A DNA stretch of 39,735 nucleotides from a virus. Lineage: Duplodnaviria > Caudoviricetes. The position numbers and the translations under genes are program-made. The notes beneath the pieces are model-generated. The model was given only the letters and a program-made list of their open reading frames with translations. It had not been told where the DNA came from and did not search any database. The stretch lies in the IMG/VR virus record IMGVR_UViG_3300017655_000192, positions 1 through 39,735 of that record; one strand, given 5' to 3'. Shown piece by piece: positions 27,113-36,477 of the stretch; the first letter of the stretch is position 1, and each line of letters starts with the position of its first letter.

Positions 27113-28336
27113 TTATCCCTCCTCATATTTTTCTGTCCATGCTCCTGCCTTTGACATGTCGACAAAGTTTCCGTTAACCAAATATTTGTCTCCACCCTGT
27201 TCTTCAGGGATTAAGTTCATCTCTTCTAGTTCTCTAATGTCATTCGCAGACATCACTCCGTTTTGCCGCATGATTTGATAGAATTGCGCTCTTGAACCTG
27301 CATCTCCTCGGAGTCGCCCGTTCAAATTAAACTTGATAAAGTATTCTTTCTTATCAGTTTCACTTAACAATGCCTTCTTCATGGACTGTTCAATTCTCGT
27401 AACCCAAGGTATGATCGTATTGTCGATGAAGCTAATCGATTGATGTTCAATATTACTAAAAGTTGCTTTATCCAAGTTGGCTACCAGATGAGGTGGAACT
27501 CGAAAGATTCTACAAATCTCTTCCGTTTGAAATTTTCTCGTTTCAAGGAATTGTGCTTGTTCTGGTGGAATACCGATACTTTGAAACTTCATTCCTTCTT
27601 CAAGGACAGCAATTCGATGGGCATTGTTGCTTCCTTGATATACGGCATTCCAGCTTTCCCGTATCTTCGATGGGTCTTTAACTACACCGGGATGTTCCAG
27701 CACACCGCCTGGGTTAGCACCATTCGCAAAGAACCTCGCCCCGTACTCTTCGGTTGCAAGGGCCATTCCTATCGCATTTTTAGCCATAGCAATTGGTGAA
27801 TATCCCACCAGACCATCAAAGCCAAGCCCAGGAATATGAAGAACCTCCTCTTTTCGAAGGATTACCGTACCCATGTCTTTTCGATATTCATAGTAAAGTT
27901 CCCCGGTAGAAGTTCTATCCACCGTCATCCTATCAGGCAATAAAGGATAAAGAGAAAGCACATTTCCTCTACCATCTCGGATAATCTGGGCGTAGGCATT
28001 TCCCCATAATAAAAGATGACTCATCAGTGTTTCTCTAAACACGAACGAAGTCATCTCGGCATTTGGCTCATCATGGAGCTTGTAATACAAACCGTTTTCT
28101 ACTGCTTTTTCCTTTCCATTGTCAGTGTATCTGTAAAGATGAAGCGGGAGACTGGCGATGGTTTCTGCCAGAATACGTACACACGCATAGACTGCAGTGG
28201 TCTGCATCGCTGTTCTTTCATTTACTGTTTTTCCACTCGTTGTCCCACCAAAGAAGAAGCTGTAAGTACTTCCTAAAAAGTTGTTCTTTGGACCATCTCT
28301 TGATTGAAAAAGTCTAGATATCAGTGGTATTTTCAT
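27113..28336 (-). CDS. Portal protein, HK97 family
   Basis: VYACVRILAETIASLP, GLVGYSPI, ICRIFRVPP. Confidence 0.95.
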   Translation of the reverse strand: MKIPLISRLFQSRDGPKNNFLGSTYSFFFGGTTSGKTVNERTAMQTTAVYACVRILAETIASLPLHLYRYTDNGKEKAVENGLYYKLHDEPNAEMTSFVFRETLMSHLLLWGNAYAQIIRDGRGNVLSLYPLLPDRMTVDRTSTGELYYEYRKDMGTVILRKEEVLHIPGLGFDGLVGYSPIAMAKNAIGMALATEEYGARFFANGANPGGVLEHPGVVKDPSKIRESWNAVYQGSNNAHRIAVLEEGMKFQSIGIPPEQAQFLETRKFQTEEICRIFRVPPHLVANLDKATFSNIEHQSISFIDNTIIPWVTRIEQSMKKALLSETDKKEYFIKFNLNGRLRGDAGSRAQFYQIMRQNGVMSANDIRELEEMNLIPEEQGGDKYLVNGNFVDMSKAGAWTEKYEEG

Positions 28337-28356
28337 GTTCTCACATCCTAAAATCA

Positions 28357-28387
28357 GGCATAAAAAAAGCACCTCTATTGAGATGCG
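28357..28387 (-). terminator. Moron terminator
   Basis: gcatctc-aata-gaggtgc-tttttttatgcc. Confidence 0.75.
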
Positions 28388-28427
28388 CAATTAACCCTCA
28401 GAATATTTAGAGTTTAGATTACAATTG

Positions 28428-28631
28428 CTATCTAAATTTGTGCTCTTTTCTTCCGCTTATTGGGTTTAGATATTGACCTAAAATACTTATCAACCCTTTA
28501 CTTCTTAAATACCCTATTGCTCCTAAAACCTGATTTTGACTAAATCCAAAACTCATCACATGGTTTTCAATATCGGTTGTAGTACATCCATGGCTTCCTC
28601 TAACATATGCTAACGCAAATTGACTAGGCAT
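28428..28631 (-). CDS. 67-aa small protein, probable winged helix
   Basis: RBS GGGAGGAG, ATG 28631; GCTTTDI...QVLGAIGYLRSKGLI. Confidence 0.65.
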   Translation of the reverse strand: MPSQFALAYVRGSHGCTTTDIENHVMSFGFSQNQVLGAIGYLRSKGLISILGQYLNPISGRKEHKFR

Positions 28632-28647
28632 AACAAAAGCTCCTCCC

Positions 28648-28995
28648 TTATATTTTTTTATACCACATAACATTTGAGGAATCTTTTCCTTCTGCCTCAA
28701 CATTAGTGATTGTTCCATCACTAACTCTACTAAAGAAGGTTTTGCCCAATGTTAATTTTACTCCTTTGGACATCGTCCATTCCGTTCCAAAAAGAAGCTT
28801 AATCGTAAAGCGAGTACCGCTTGATAACTGATCAACTTTTTCAATTAACTTCTTATAACTTTCACCAAACTCATTATTTTGCAAGATCTCCCCTTTAATA
28901 TATAAAGGTACCGTTAACCCTTTCTTTTTAGCTTTTTTCTGCAGACCTTTAAATTCGTCATCTGTAAAAAGAATCTGGACACTTTTGTTTCCCAT
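28648..28995 (-). CDS. RHH + DUF1413-like fusion protein
   Basis: N-terminal SVQILFTDDEF..AKKKGLTVPLYI (CopG-like); C-terminal GTRFTIKLLF..W..LGKTF..KDSSNVMWYKK parallels 9247-9489. Confidence 0.7.
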   Translation of the reverse strand: MGNKSVQILFTDDEFKGLQKKAKKKGLTVPLYIKGEILQNNEFGESYKKLIEKVDQLSSGTRFTIKLLFGTEWTMSKGVKLTLGKTFFSRVSDGTITNVEAEGKDSSNVMWYKKI

Positions 28996-29041
28996 ACAAT
29001 AAATCTCCCTTCTACTCTATAATGTTCTTTCACTTAATTTC

Positions 29042-29107
29042 ATTATACAGTAGAAATTCTGATTTACAATATATTTTTACTGAAATATATTATTCAGTAG
29101 AATTTCT
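29042..29107 (-). promoter_or_regulatory. Moron promoter with operator-like repeats
   Basis: TTGTAA-N16-TATAAT; cagtagaa(a/t)ttct at 29048 and 29095; inverted tactgaa/ttcagta at 29078-29099. Confidence 0.6.
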
Positions 29108-30650
29108 ATAAAATTAATATCCCTCGACCATCATAAACACTCTCTCGATTTTCATTTCGAATTGCCCGATCCAGTGCCATGATCAAAGCAACCGCACCAT
29201 CAATCCGCTCAGTACTTTTTTCTTTATCCGGCTTAATGTTTCCCGCCGGATCGGTTTTGACAAAGATGTTATCCATCATCCATCGTAAAACCGGATTTCC
29301 ACCGTGAACGATTCTTTTCTCAAGAGTAATCTTCATCAATTCTTTTGATGCTGGTGACATATCCTTGTACCCTTGTCCAAAAGGAACAACAGTAAAGCCC
29401 ATTCCTTCAAGGTTCTGAACCATCTGCACAGCACCCCATCTGTCAAAGGCTATTTCTTTAATGTTGTACTTTGTCCCTAGTTCTTCAATGAAAGCCTCAA
29501 TGAATCCGTAATGAACAACATTCCCTTCAGTAGTTTTGATATATCCTTGCTGCTCCCAAATATCATAAGGAACGTGGTCTCTCCTTACCCTTACTTTCAG
29601 GTTTTCATCTGGTATCCAGAAGTAAGGAAGAACAATGAATTTTTCATCGTCTGTTCTCGGTGGAAATACCAACACAAACGCTGTAATATCTGTTGTGCTA
29701 GAAAGGTCCAGCCCAGCAAAACACTCCCTTCCACGGAGGCTATCCAGATCAACTGGATCATCACAAGCATCCCATTTCTCCATTTGCATCCAACGGGTCG
29801 ATTGCTTCACCCATTGATTCAGTCTCAGTTGTCTAAAGATATTTTCTTCTGCAGGATTTTCTCTTGCACTAATAAACGCATTTCTAACTTTCTCTATGTC
29901 AATGGTATGGTCCAATGATGGATTGGCCTTATACCAGTTCTTTTCATCGGTCCAATCATCGTCGTCTTTGATTCCGTAAATGACTGGATAAAAAGTAGGG
30001 TCAATCTTTCTTCCCTCGATAATGTCTACCGCTTTTTGATGGACTTCATAACAAATAGAATTCCGATCGGTTCCTGCGGTTGTGATTAAAAAGAAGAGCG
30101 GCTGTAATCGAGCATCCCCAGAACCTTTTGTCATAACATCAAACAATTCTCGGTTTGGCTGGGCATGCAATTCATCAAAGACAACCGAATGAACATTCAG
30201 ACCATGTTTCGTATAAGCTTCAGCGGATAATACCTGATAAAAACTATTGGTAGGTTTATAGACTAGCCGCTTCATTGACATGACGGGTTTGAATCTTTTT
30301 CTAAGGGCGGGCGACTGATCCACCATCTCCACTGCAACATCAAAAACAATCGAGGCCTGTTGCCGGTCAGAGGCACAGCCATAAACCTCTGCTCCCCACT
30401 CACCATCAGCGCAAGTCATTAATAAAGCTACAGCAGCGGCAATTTCACTCTTTCCATTTTTCTTTGGTATTTCAATATAGGCAGTATTATATTGTCTATA
30501 TCCATTTTCTTTGACCGTACCAAATACATCTCGGATGATTTTATCTTGCCAAGGTAGAAGGTCGAAAGGAACCCCACGCCACTGACCTTTCGTATGTTTT
30601 AAGCAGTTGATAAAGTTAACGGCATGCTGAGCCTTTTCCTCGTCATACAC
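29106..30650 (-). CDS. Terminase large subunit
   Basis: IPKKNGKS Walker A, VVFDELH, ITTAG, GLDLS, IDGAVA. Confidence 0.95.
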   Translation of the reverse strand: MYDEEKAQHAVNFINCLKHTKGQWRGVPFDLLPWQDKIIRDVFGTVKENGYRQYNTAYIEIPKKNGKSEIAAAVALLMTCADGEWGAEVYGCASDRQQASIVFDVAVEMVDQSPALRKRFKPVMSMKRLVYKPTNSFYQVLSAEAYTKHGLNVHSVVFDELHAQPNRELFDVMTKGSGDARLQPLFFLITTAGTDRNSICYEVHQKAVDIIEGRKIDPTFYPVIYGIKDDDDWTDEKNWYKANPSLDHTIDIEKVRNAFISARENPAEENIFRQLRLNQWVKQSTRWMQMEKWDACDDPVDLDSLRGRECFAGLDLSSTTDITAFVLVFPPRTDDEKFIVLPYFWIPDENLKVRVRRDHVPYDIWEQQGYIKTTEGNVVHYGFIEAFIEELGTKYNIKEIAFDRWGAVQMVQNLEGMGFTVVPFGQGYKDMSPASKELMKITLEKRIVHGGNPVLRWMMDNIFVKTDPAGNIKPDKEKSTERIDGAVALIMALDRAIRNENRESVYDGRGILIL

Positions 30651-31125
30651 CTTTACCACCACCTTGAAAGAGCATAAATTCCATTGGGTCATCTGCATCA
30701 CTTGGTTTGTCTACCACAATTCTACTTCTCGATGAAGGAGTTAATCCGAACTGCTCACAGAACCGATTCATAATTTTTAAATAGCTCTGGGCGATGGAAA
30801 CCTGCGGCACCTGTTGCCAATATCCTGAAGGAGTTTTTACAATGGTTCCATGCTTGGTAATAAACTCTTCGGCCTCTTTCCATCTAGCATAGGCTTGGCA
30901 ATATCCCGCAAAGGCAGCCATATCCACTTCAGTCAGGATACCTAATTGCTCCAGTTGCTTGACCATTCTTCGCCACTCTTTCTTAGCTTCAGGTTCAAGC
31001 CAAGTTGGGCATCTTGGTGCTTTCTTTTCAGGTTTCGGTTCATTCTGATTCAAATCTCGCTTTCCTGGATTGCCTTCTAATGCTTTCAGTGCAGTTGGCT
31101 TTGGTTTCCTTCCACGTTGAGCCAC
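30643..31125 (-). CDS. Terminase small subunit, P27 family
   Basis: RGRKPKPT, GNPGKR, AKKEWRR, FGLTPSSR. Confidence 0.93.
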   Translation of the reverse strand: MAQRGRKPKPTALKALEGNPGKRDLNQNEPKPEKKAPRCPTWLEPEAKKEWRRMVKQLEQLGILTEVDMAAFAGYCQAYARWKEAEEFITKHGTIVKTPSGYWQQVPQVSIAQSYLKIMNRFCEQFGLTPSSRSRIVVDKPSDADDPMEFMLFQGGGKGV

Positions 31126-31198
31126 AGGCGCCACCTCCTTTCAAATTTGGCATAAGAAAAGAGCCTACCTCCTGATAGACTCCAATTGATTCATTCCT

Positions 31199-31414
31199 TT
31201 AGTTCTTCCATATTTCCATCTTGAATTCTCCTTCAAAAACCATCCAGCGTATTTCCCCATCTTCAAGTTGTAGGACTAACATTCCAGGTAATAGATACAT
31301 TTCATTTTCTTGATATCCTGATGCTTCTAAATCTCGTTTCTGCTGTAGTAAAAGTTCCATTCCCCTTACTGCATCAACGTTTCCTTGTAGCAGTTGAACC
31401 ATATCTCTGGTCAT
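31199..31414 (-). CDS. Hypothetical protein (71 aa)
   Basis: RBS GGAGG inside repeat copy A; terminator at 31149-31182. Confidence 0.65.
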   Translation of the reverse strand: MTRDMVQLLQGNVDAVRGMELLLQQKRDLEASGYQENEMYLLPGMLVLQLEDGEIRWMVFEGEFKMEIWKN

Positions 31415-31422
31415 TCAAACAA

Positions 31423-31477
31423 CCTCCCTGTGTTTTGGTATGTCTATACATCACTCTAAACACAGGGATTATCAAGT
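31423..31477 (-). repeat. Promoter/RBS repeat, copy A
   Basis: cctccctgtgttttggtatgtctatacatcactctaaacacagggattatcaagt. Confidence 0.85.
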
Positions 31478-31692
31478 TAATTTTTATCTCCCTTAATGCC
31501 TTTATAGTTGTAATTGCCCTTCTTAATTTCCTCATGGTCCGCTTTGACTGCCTCACCATAGTCAGTCCGCTTGGATTCCTTGTCCTTGCAGCTTAAGCAA
31601 ATGCAATCGGTATTGTACATGGACATAATCCGCCCGCCTTTTAAGTTGCTGCCACAGCGGTCACAATTCGTTTGTGTGAAGAACTTATCCAT
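31477..31692 (-). CDS. Small zinc-finger protein
   Basis: CDRC...CLSC; overlaps upstream stop. Confidence 0.75.
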   Translation of the reverse strand: MDKFFTQTNCDRCGSNLKGGRIMSMYNTDCICLSCKDKESKRTDYGEAVKADHEEIKKGNYNYKGIKGDKN

Positions 31693-32437
31693 TCGGCCCA
31701 CTCACCTTCCTAAAGGCTCCGCTTCCCTCAAGGTTTTGCAGGAGTGCCTTCCTCGTCGTTTTGTACTCAGGGCCATTCATCCCAAGGCGAATCAGCCAAG
31801 TTCTAAAGGCGTATTTTGGATTGTCATCCTGGGCTCGTTTAAAGGTTGCTCGCTTTTGATTTTTGGCATTTTGGTTGATAAATACGGTAAGGTCCTGAAA
31901 GGCCGCAACCTTCTCTGAATCCCAATTTTGCGCTGCTAGTTTGATAGTGAATGTTTCTTTTTCAAAATCAAAAGCTACGCCTGGAATTCTCTTAACTCCA
32001 AGTTCATCAAGTGCCTTCTTAAACTCCTCAATGCCACTTGTTTCCTTCTCGCCCAAATCCTGTGGAAAGGTATCATCTATCAGCGGCTCGTTTGTTTCAA
32101 ACGCCATCATGATCAGGTGCTGTTTGCTATAAAGCATGTTTACTAGATTTCTTAATGTGTTTCCGGTGTGACCCTCAAGCGGGAGCGTTACTTCAATCCC
32201 ATCCAAATCAAGAACCGCTGGCTGTTCCTCACCTGTTTCTTCTTCAGGCTCTGGCGGATTAGTTATCTCTTCAAAGGTTTTCACTTCTCCGGCTGAGTTT
32301 GTAATCGTGCCCTGCCTGTCAATGGTGTAAGTTTCATCCTTGGTTATAATTTCGTAGGCAAAGGTTGGAACGTTTAGATACTTGGGTTTCACTCCTAAAA
32401 ATTCTCCTAGTTTTTTGACCATTTCTTTTCGTTCCAT
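31685..32437 (-). CDS. Conserved phage protein (often labelled virulence-related)
   Basis: YLNVPTFAYE, LRNLVNMLYSKQ, NPKYAFRTWLIRLG, LEGSGAFR. Confidence 0.75.
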   Translation of the reverse strand: MERKEMVKKLGEFLGVKPKYLNVPTFAYEIITKDETYTIDRQGTITNSAGEVKTFEEITNPPEPEEETGEEQPAVLDLDGIEVTLPLEGHTGNTLRNLVNMLYSKQHLIMMAFETNEPLIDDTFPQDLGEKETSGIEEFKKALDELGVKRIPGVAFDFEKETFTIKLAAQNWDSEKVAAFQDLTVFINQNAKNQKRATFKRAQDDNPKYAFRTWLIRLGMNGPEYKTTRKALLQNLEGSGAFRKVSGPNG

Positions 32438-32445
32438 TTTCACTA

Positions 32446-32501
32446 CCTCCTGTGTTTTGGTGTAGTACATATATCACTCTTAACACAGGTAATAGCAAGT
32501 C
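32446..32501 (-). repeat. Promoter/RBS repeat, copy B
   Basis: cctcctgtgttttggtgtagtacatatatcactcttaacacaggtaatagcaagtc. Confidence 0.9.
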
Positions 32502-32562
32502 ATTCCTGACCAAAATGAGTATATTTATAGACCAATAGAAAAAGGCCCGTTAAGGCCCCACT

Positions 32563-32877
32563 CTAGTCATTTTCAATTGCTGTATATCTTGGATAACTAT
32601 AGCCTTCGCTGTTCACTAAAACTTTTTCACCCGTATCTTTATTGATCACTCTAATGCAGCGGGCCTCTCGGTTCTGATTCACTCCACCGTCTTCCTCAGT
32701 GATCCAAGGTTGGTCGTTAAAGAAGTCGTTGGCAAAGTTTTGAAAATCGCTGTCTTCTAACTCAACTTCTTTCGTTACGATGTAACTTTGCCCTCGCTGC
32801 CCTTGCTTAATGGCTTCTATCGTAATTCCCTTCAGCTCCGCTAGATTACTAACTTTCCTTCCAAACAATACTTTCAT
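32563..32877 (-). CDS. DUF6329-like protein
   Basis: FGRK start, VLVNSEGYSYPRY end; terminator at 32539-32560. Confidence 0.7.
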   Translation of the reverse strand: MKVLFGRKVSNLAELKGITIEAIKQGQRGQSYIVTKEVELEDSDFQNFANDFFNDQPWITEEDGGVNQNREARCIRVINKDTGEKVLVNSEGYSYPRYTAIEND

Positions 32878-32887
32878 TTAATCATCA

Positions 32888-32942
32888 CTCCTGTGTTTTG
32901 GTGTAGTACATATATCACTCTAAACACAAGGTATAGCAAGTC
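32888..32942 (-). repeat. Promoter/RBS repeat, copy C
   Basis: ctcctgtgttttggtgtagtacatatatcactctaaacacaaggtatagcaagtc. Confidence 0.9.
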
Positions 32943-32966
32943 TTTTATCGAATTTATAGCCTAACC

Positions 32967-34475
32967 TCAATTCGCATTTTTTGTGTAATGCTCATGTATA
33001 TTTGATAGCACAAATAAAACACATGGTAATGCAACACCATTACCCCACATTTTGTATTCAGCAGTATCAGAGTGTGGTTGTTTTAACCACTTGATAATTT
33101 GTTTTCTTGTTTTTGGCCGTTTACTTTTACCCATTATATTTCTATGCGTTTCCCACACTTCTGTCCAAAATAAAATCTCGTCTTCTGTTGGCTCCTCCGT
33201 ACCAAGGTCACTACACCAATCGTCAGGGAAACCTTGAAGCCTAGCACATTCAGTCGGTGTTAATCTACGTACTATACAGTTTGGTTCATTAATGAGTGGA
33301 GGATCTTTGTAATCTGTCGCAACTAAGGTATTTGCAACTTCTTCTCTCGCATGTGTAAAATGGGAGTTCTTACTTGCTGAAAAAATTAGATTATTCCCTT
33401 TCATATCTTCCCCACTTTGTACAGCAACTACAGCAATTCCCCCTTGATTACTGTCAGGCACATTTCCAGATGTATCGATTGTTCTTGAAATAGAACTTTC
33501 ATAAACATTTGCTCTAACATTCGCAGTACCTTCTGAAGTAAAACGAACATCAAAAGTTTTAGGAATGTCCATTACAAACGGTTGATTGTTTCCACCAGTC
33601 CCATAAACTGATAAAACCGTTTGAGCAACTTCCATTGGTCCTTTAACCCTCGCATCTCTACCATGATTTTCAAAAATAAGCGGTGGATGATTAGATTGAG
33701 CACGTAGTGTTGCCGTCATTCCATTTGTGACATCCATACGACTGCCACCTTGGTCATTTAGGCAGAGTTCGCTTGCCGCTCCAGAGCCATTTTCAAAACA
33801 TGAGGTAGTTCTTTCCCTCGCTTCTCCGCCCTTCGTAAAATTCCCCGACAAGCACTCTCGCTTAAATAATATTTGGGATGCACTTTGTCCATTAAAATCT
33901 GCGACAAGAAAGATACGTTTTCTACGCTGGGGAACTCCCCAATATTGTGCATCGAGGACTCGCCAAGCGAGTGAAAAGTTTTCTCCCACAATTTCACCTG
34001 CGTTTTCCCATTTGTTAGGTTTAGTGATAACAGTATTCTCTTCTTTGATTTTACAGAATTCTTCGAGGACACTTCTGAAGTCTTGTCCTTTGTTTGACGA
34101 GAAGGCACCACAGACGTTTTCCCAAACTGCATATTTTGGATGCTCACCATTTGTTTTATACCTCATTTCTTTTATAATTCGGATAGCTTGATAGAATAAG
34201 GATGACTGCCTTCCATCAAGTCCTGCTCGCTTTCCTGCAATAGACAAATCTGTGCAAGGAGAACCAAATGTGATAATGTCTACAGGTGATAAGTCCGCTC
34301 CATTTAGTTGGCTAATATCTCCTAAATGATTCATTTGTGGTATTTGTTTTGTCGTTACTCTAATGGGGAACGGTTCTATTTCAGATGCCCACAATGGCTC
34401 TATCCCACTGAGCAGACCCGCTAACGGAAAACCGCCACTTCCGTCAAACAGTGAACCGAGCGTCAACTTACGCAT
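32967..34475 (-). CDS. C5 cytosine DNA methyltransferase with long variable region
   Basis: FDGSGG, SPCTDLS, ENV, PQRRKR, RRLTPTECARLQGFP, GNGV. Confidence 0.95.
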   Translation of the reverse strand: MRKLTLGSLFDGSGGFPLAGLLSGIEPLWASEIEPFPIRVTTKQIPQMNHLGDISQLNGADLSPVDIITFGSPCTDLSIAGKRAGLDGRQSSLFYQAIRIIKEMRYKTNGEHPKYAVWENVCGAFSSNKGQDFRSVLEEFCKIKEENTVITKPNKWENAGEIVGENFSLAWRVLDAQYWGVPQRRKRIFLVADFNGQSASQILFKRECLSGNFTKGGEARERTTSCFENGSGAASELCLNDQGGSRMDVTNGMTATLRAQSNHPPLIFENHGRDARVKGPMEVAQTVLSVYGTGGNNQPFVMDIPKTFDVRFTSEGTANVRANVYESSISRTIDTSGNVPDSNQGGIAVVAVQSGEDMKGNNLIFSASKNSHFTHAREEVANTLVATDYKDPPLINEPNCIVRRLTPTECARLQGFPDDWCSDLGTEEPTEDEILFWTEVWETHRNIMGKSKRPKTRKQIIKWLKQPHSDTAEYKMWGNGVALPCVLFVLSNIHEHYTKNAN

Positions 34476-35703
34476 TATTGTTCACCTCAAGGTCACTATA
34501 CTTATACTTCTTGTTATCTCTAAGAAGATATACACTCTCATCAACACCGACCTGTTCAATAAACCTTTTGACAATCACATCTGCATATTTCTCATCTAGT
34601 TCAATCATGTAACAAATCCGATTAGTCTGTTCGCAAGCCATGAGAGTAGATCCGCTCCCGCCAAAAGGATCTAATACAATGCAATTGCTCATGCTACTGT
34701 TTTGAATCGGATAGGCACACAAGTTAACCGGCTTCATCGTTGGGTGAAGAGCATTCTTCGACGGTCTATCGAAGTTCCAAATAGTGCTCTGCTTTCGATC
34801 GGCATACCAGTTATGCTTTCCATCCTTTAACCAACCAAATAAAATCGGTTCATGTTTCCATTGGTATGGACTTCTGCCAAGAACCAGACTCTGCTTGGCC
34901 CAGATACAAACACCTGATAAGTAAAAGCCTGCATCCTTGAAGGCCTTTCTAAAGTTGTAGCCTTCCGTATCCGCATGGAACACATAGATGGATGCATTCT
35001 TTTCCATACTAGCCGCCATATTCTTATAGGCTTTGAGTAAGAAGTTATAAAACTCTTCATCTTTCAAGTTATCATTTTTGATGCTGCCAGCTTGAGATGA
35101 GTAATTAACATTATAAGGCGGGTCCGTTACGACAAGATTTGCTTTCTGACCATTCATAAGAACTTGATAAACCTCTGGATCAGTACTGTCTCCACAAATT
35201 AATCGATGCCTACCAAGTAACCACACGTCACCTTTTTGGGTAATAGCTGGTTCAGCTAATTCCTTCTCGACATCAAAATCGTCTTCCGTAATATCTTTAT
35301 CATGTACCTCATTAAAAAGCTGATCGATTTCTGGTGGGTCAAAACCAGTAAACGAAACGTCATAGTCCAAAGACTGCAAATCCTGAATAAGGTCAGCTAA
35401 TAGTTCTTTGTTCCATTCACCGCTGATTTTATTTAGGGCAATGTTAAGAGCTTTTTCTTTTGTTTTATCAATATCAATAACGACACAGTCTATTTCCGTA
35501 AAACCTAATGTCTTTAAAACTGTGATTCTTTGATGCCCACCAATCACCGTCATATCTTGGTTAACAATGACAGGTTCTACATAACCAAATTGTTCAATAC
35601 TCTTTTTAATCTTTTCAAATTCACTGTCCCCCGGTTTCAATTTCTTCCTAGGGTTATAGCTCGCAGGAATTAAATGATCAATGGGTAGCTTTTTAAATTC
35701 CAT
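34468..35703 (-). CDS. ParB-like + N4/N6 DNA methyltransferase fusion
   Basis: YNPRK, IGGHQR; DPPY, HPTMKP, DPFGGSGST; start MEFKKL at 35703. Confidence 0.93.
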   Translation of the reverse strand: MEFKKLPIDHLIPASYNPRKKLKPGDSEFEKIKKSIEQFGYVEPVIVNQDMTVIGGHQRITVLKTLGFTEIDCVVIDIDKTKEKALNIALNKISGEWNKELLADLIQDLQSLDYDVSFTGFDPPEIDQLFNEVHDKDITEDDFDVEKELAEPAITQKGDVWLLGRHRLICGDSTDPEVYQVLMNGQKANLVVTDPPYNVNYSSQAGSIKNDNLKDEEFYNFLLKAYKNMAASMEKNASIYVFHADTEGYNFRKAFKDAGFYLSGVCIWAKQSLVLGRSPYQWKHEPILFGWLKDGKHNWYADRKQSTIWNFDRPSKNALHPTMKPVNLCAYPIQNSSMSNCIVLDPFGGSGSTLMACEQTNRICYMIELDEKYADVIVKRFIEQVGVDESVYLLRDNKKYKYSDLEVNNNA

Positions 35704-36130
35704 CTTCTTCACTCCAAAATCTTGATTTGATATAGCAATCATGGCTACAGAACTTCCGCTTCTTGTTCCCGTAGCAACTGAACGTTTTCTTGCATTGTGG
35801 ACACGTATAGTTATAAATGGCTGTCTCTCTTTTCTTTCTCGCTTGAGGATTTTCATTCCACCATTTTCGGCGGCATTCATCAGAGCAAAACTTCCGTATC
35901 CTACCTCGCCCCTTTTGTTTAAGGAGTTTACCGCAGGAGGAGCAGAGGACATGGTTCTTCATTTGTTCCTTAACATTTAATGCAACAACTTTTGCATCCC
36001 CATCTAGACCATTTTGTTTACAAAAGATACGTACAGTATCACGAGATTTTCCCAATACCGCAGCGATTGCTTTATACCCAACTCCTTTAAGCCGCAAGTT
36101 ATAGATTTGTTGCCTTTCGGCTTCGGTCAT
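35693..36130 (-). CDS. HTH (sigma-70 region 4-like) plus zinc-ribbon protein
   Basis: GYKAIAAVLGKSRDTVR; CSSC, FCSDEC, CPQC, FCSHDC. Confidence 0.8.
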   Translation of the reverse strand: MTEAERQQIYNLRLKGVGYKAIAAVLGKSRDTVRIFCKQNGLDGDAKVVALNVKEQMKNHVLCSSCGKLLKQKGRGRIRKFCSDECRRKWWNENPQARKKRETAIYNYTCPQCKKTFSCYGNKKRKFCSHDCYIKSRFWSEEDGI

Positions 36131-36382
36131 TACCCCTACTCCTTTCTGCGTAAACAGTATTTAAAAGGGCAATAAAAAAACGCATTAATAGCTATTAAGC
36201 AAGCTAAAATATGCGTTTCATTCATATTTTTAGTTTTTTAATTAAGACTGTTAGAATTCAGTTCTGACAAGGGATGAACACTACTTTTATCATTTCCTCA
36301 ATCGAACCTTTTCGCAAAATCTAAAGATGCCTAAACCCTTCCCACCATTGAGGTGAAGCTCATATTTAGTCCTTCAAGAGTA

Positions 36383-36476
36383 ACCCCCCTTGTTTAATTC
36401 TGCGAAAATTCACGCGAAGGGGGCGCGCGGTCGCCATAAAATTAGTTGTAGAGATTTGACCTCCCCTAGGGGGTCC
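36383..36476 (-). other. Putative cos/packaging region
   Basis: GC-rich gaccgcgcgcccccttcgcgtgaattttcgc directly after the HNH gene, the usual location in HNH/P27-terminase phages. Confidence 0.55.
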
Positions 36477-36477
36477 A

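Noticed and set aside
31423-32942. CRISPR array
   Set aside because: Only three copies, separated by whole genes, with promoter/RBS content and no cas genes
35704-35952. 83-aa N-terminal extension of the ParB-methylase
   Set aside because: Overlaps the upstream HTH gene; the RBS-supported start is 35703
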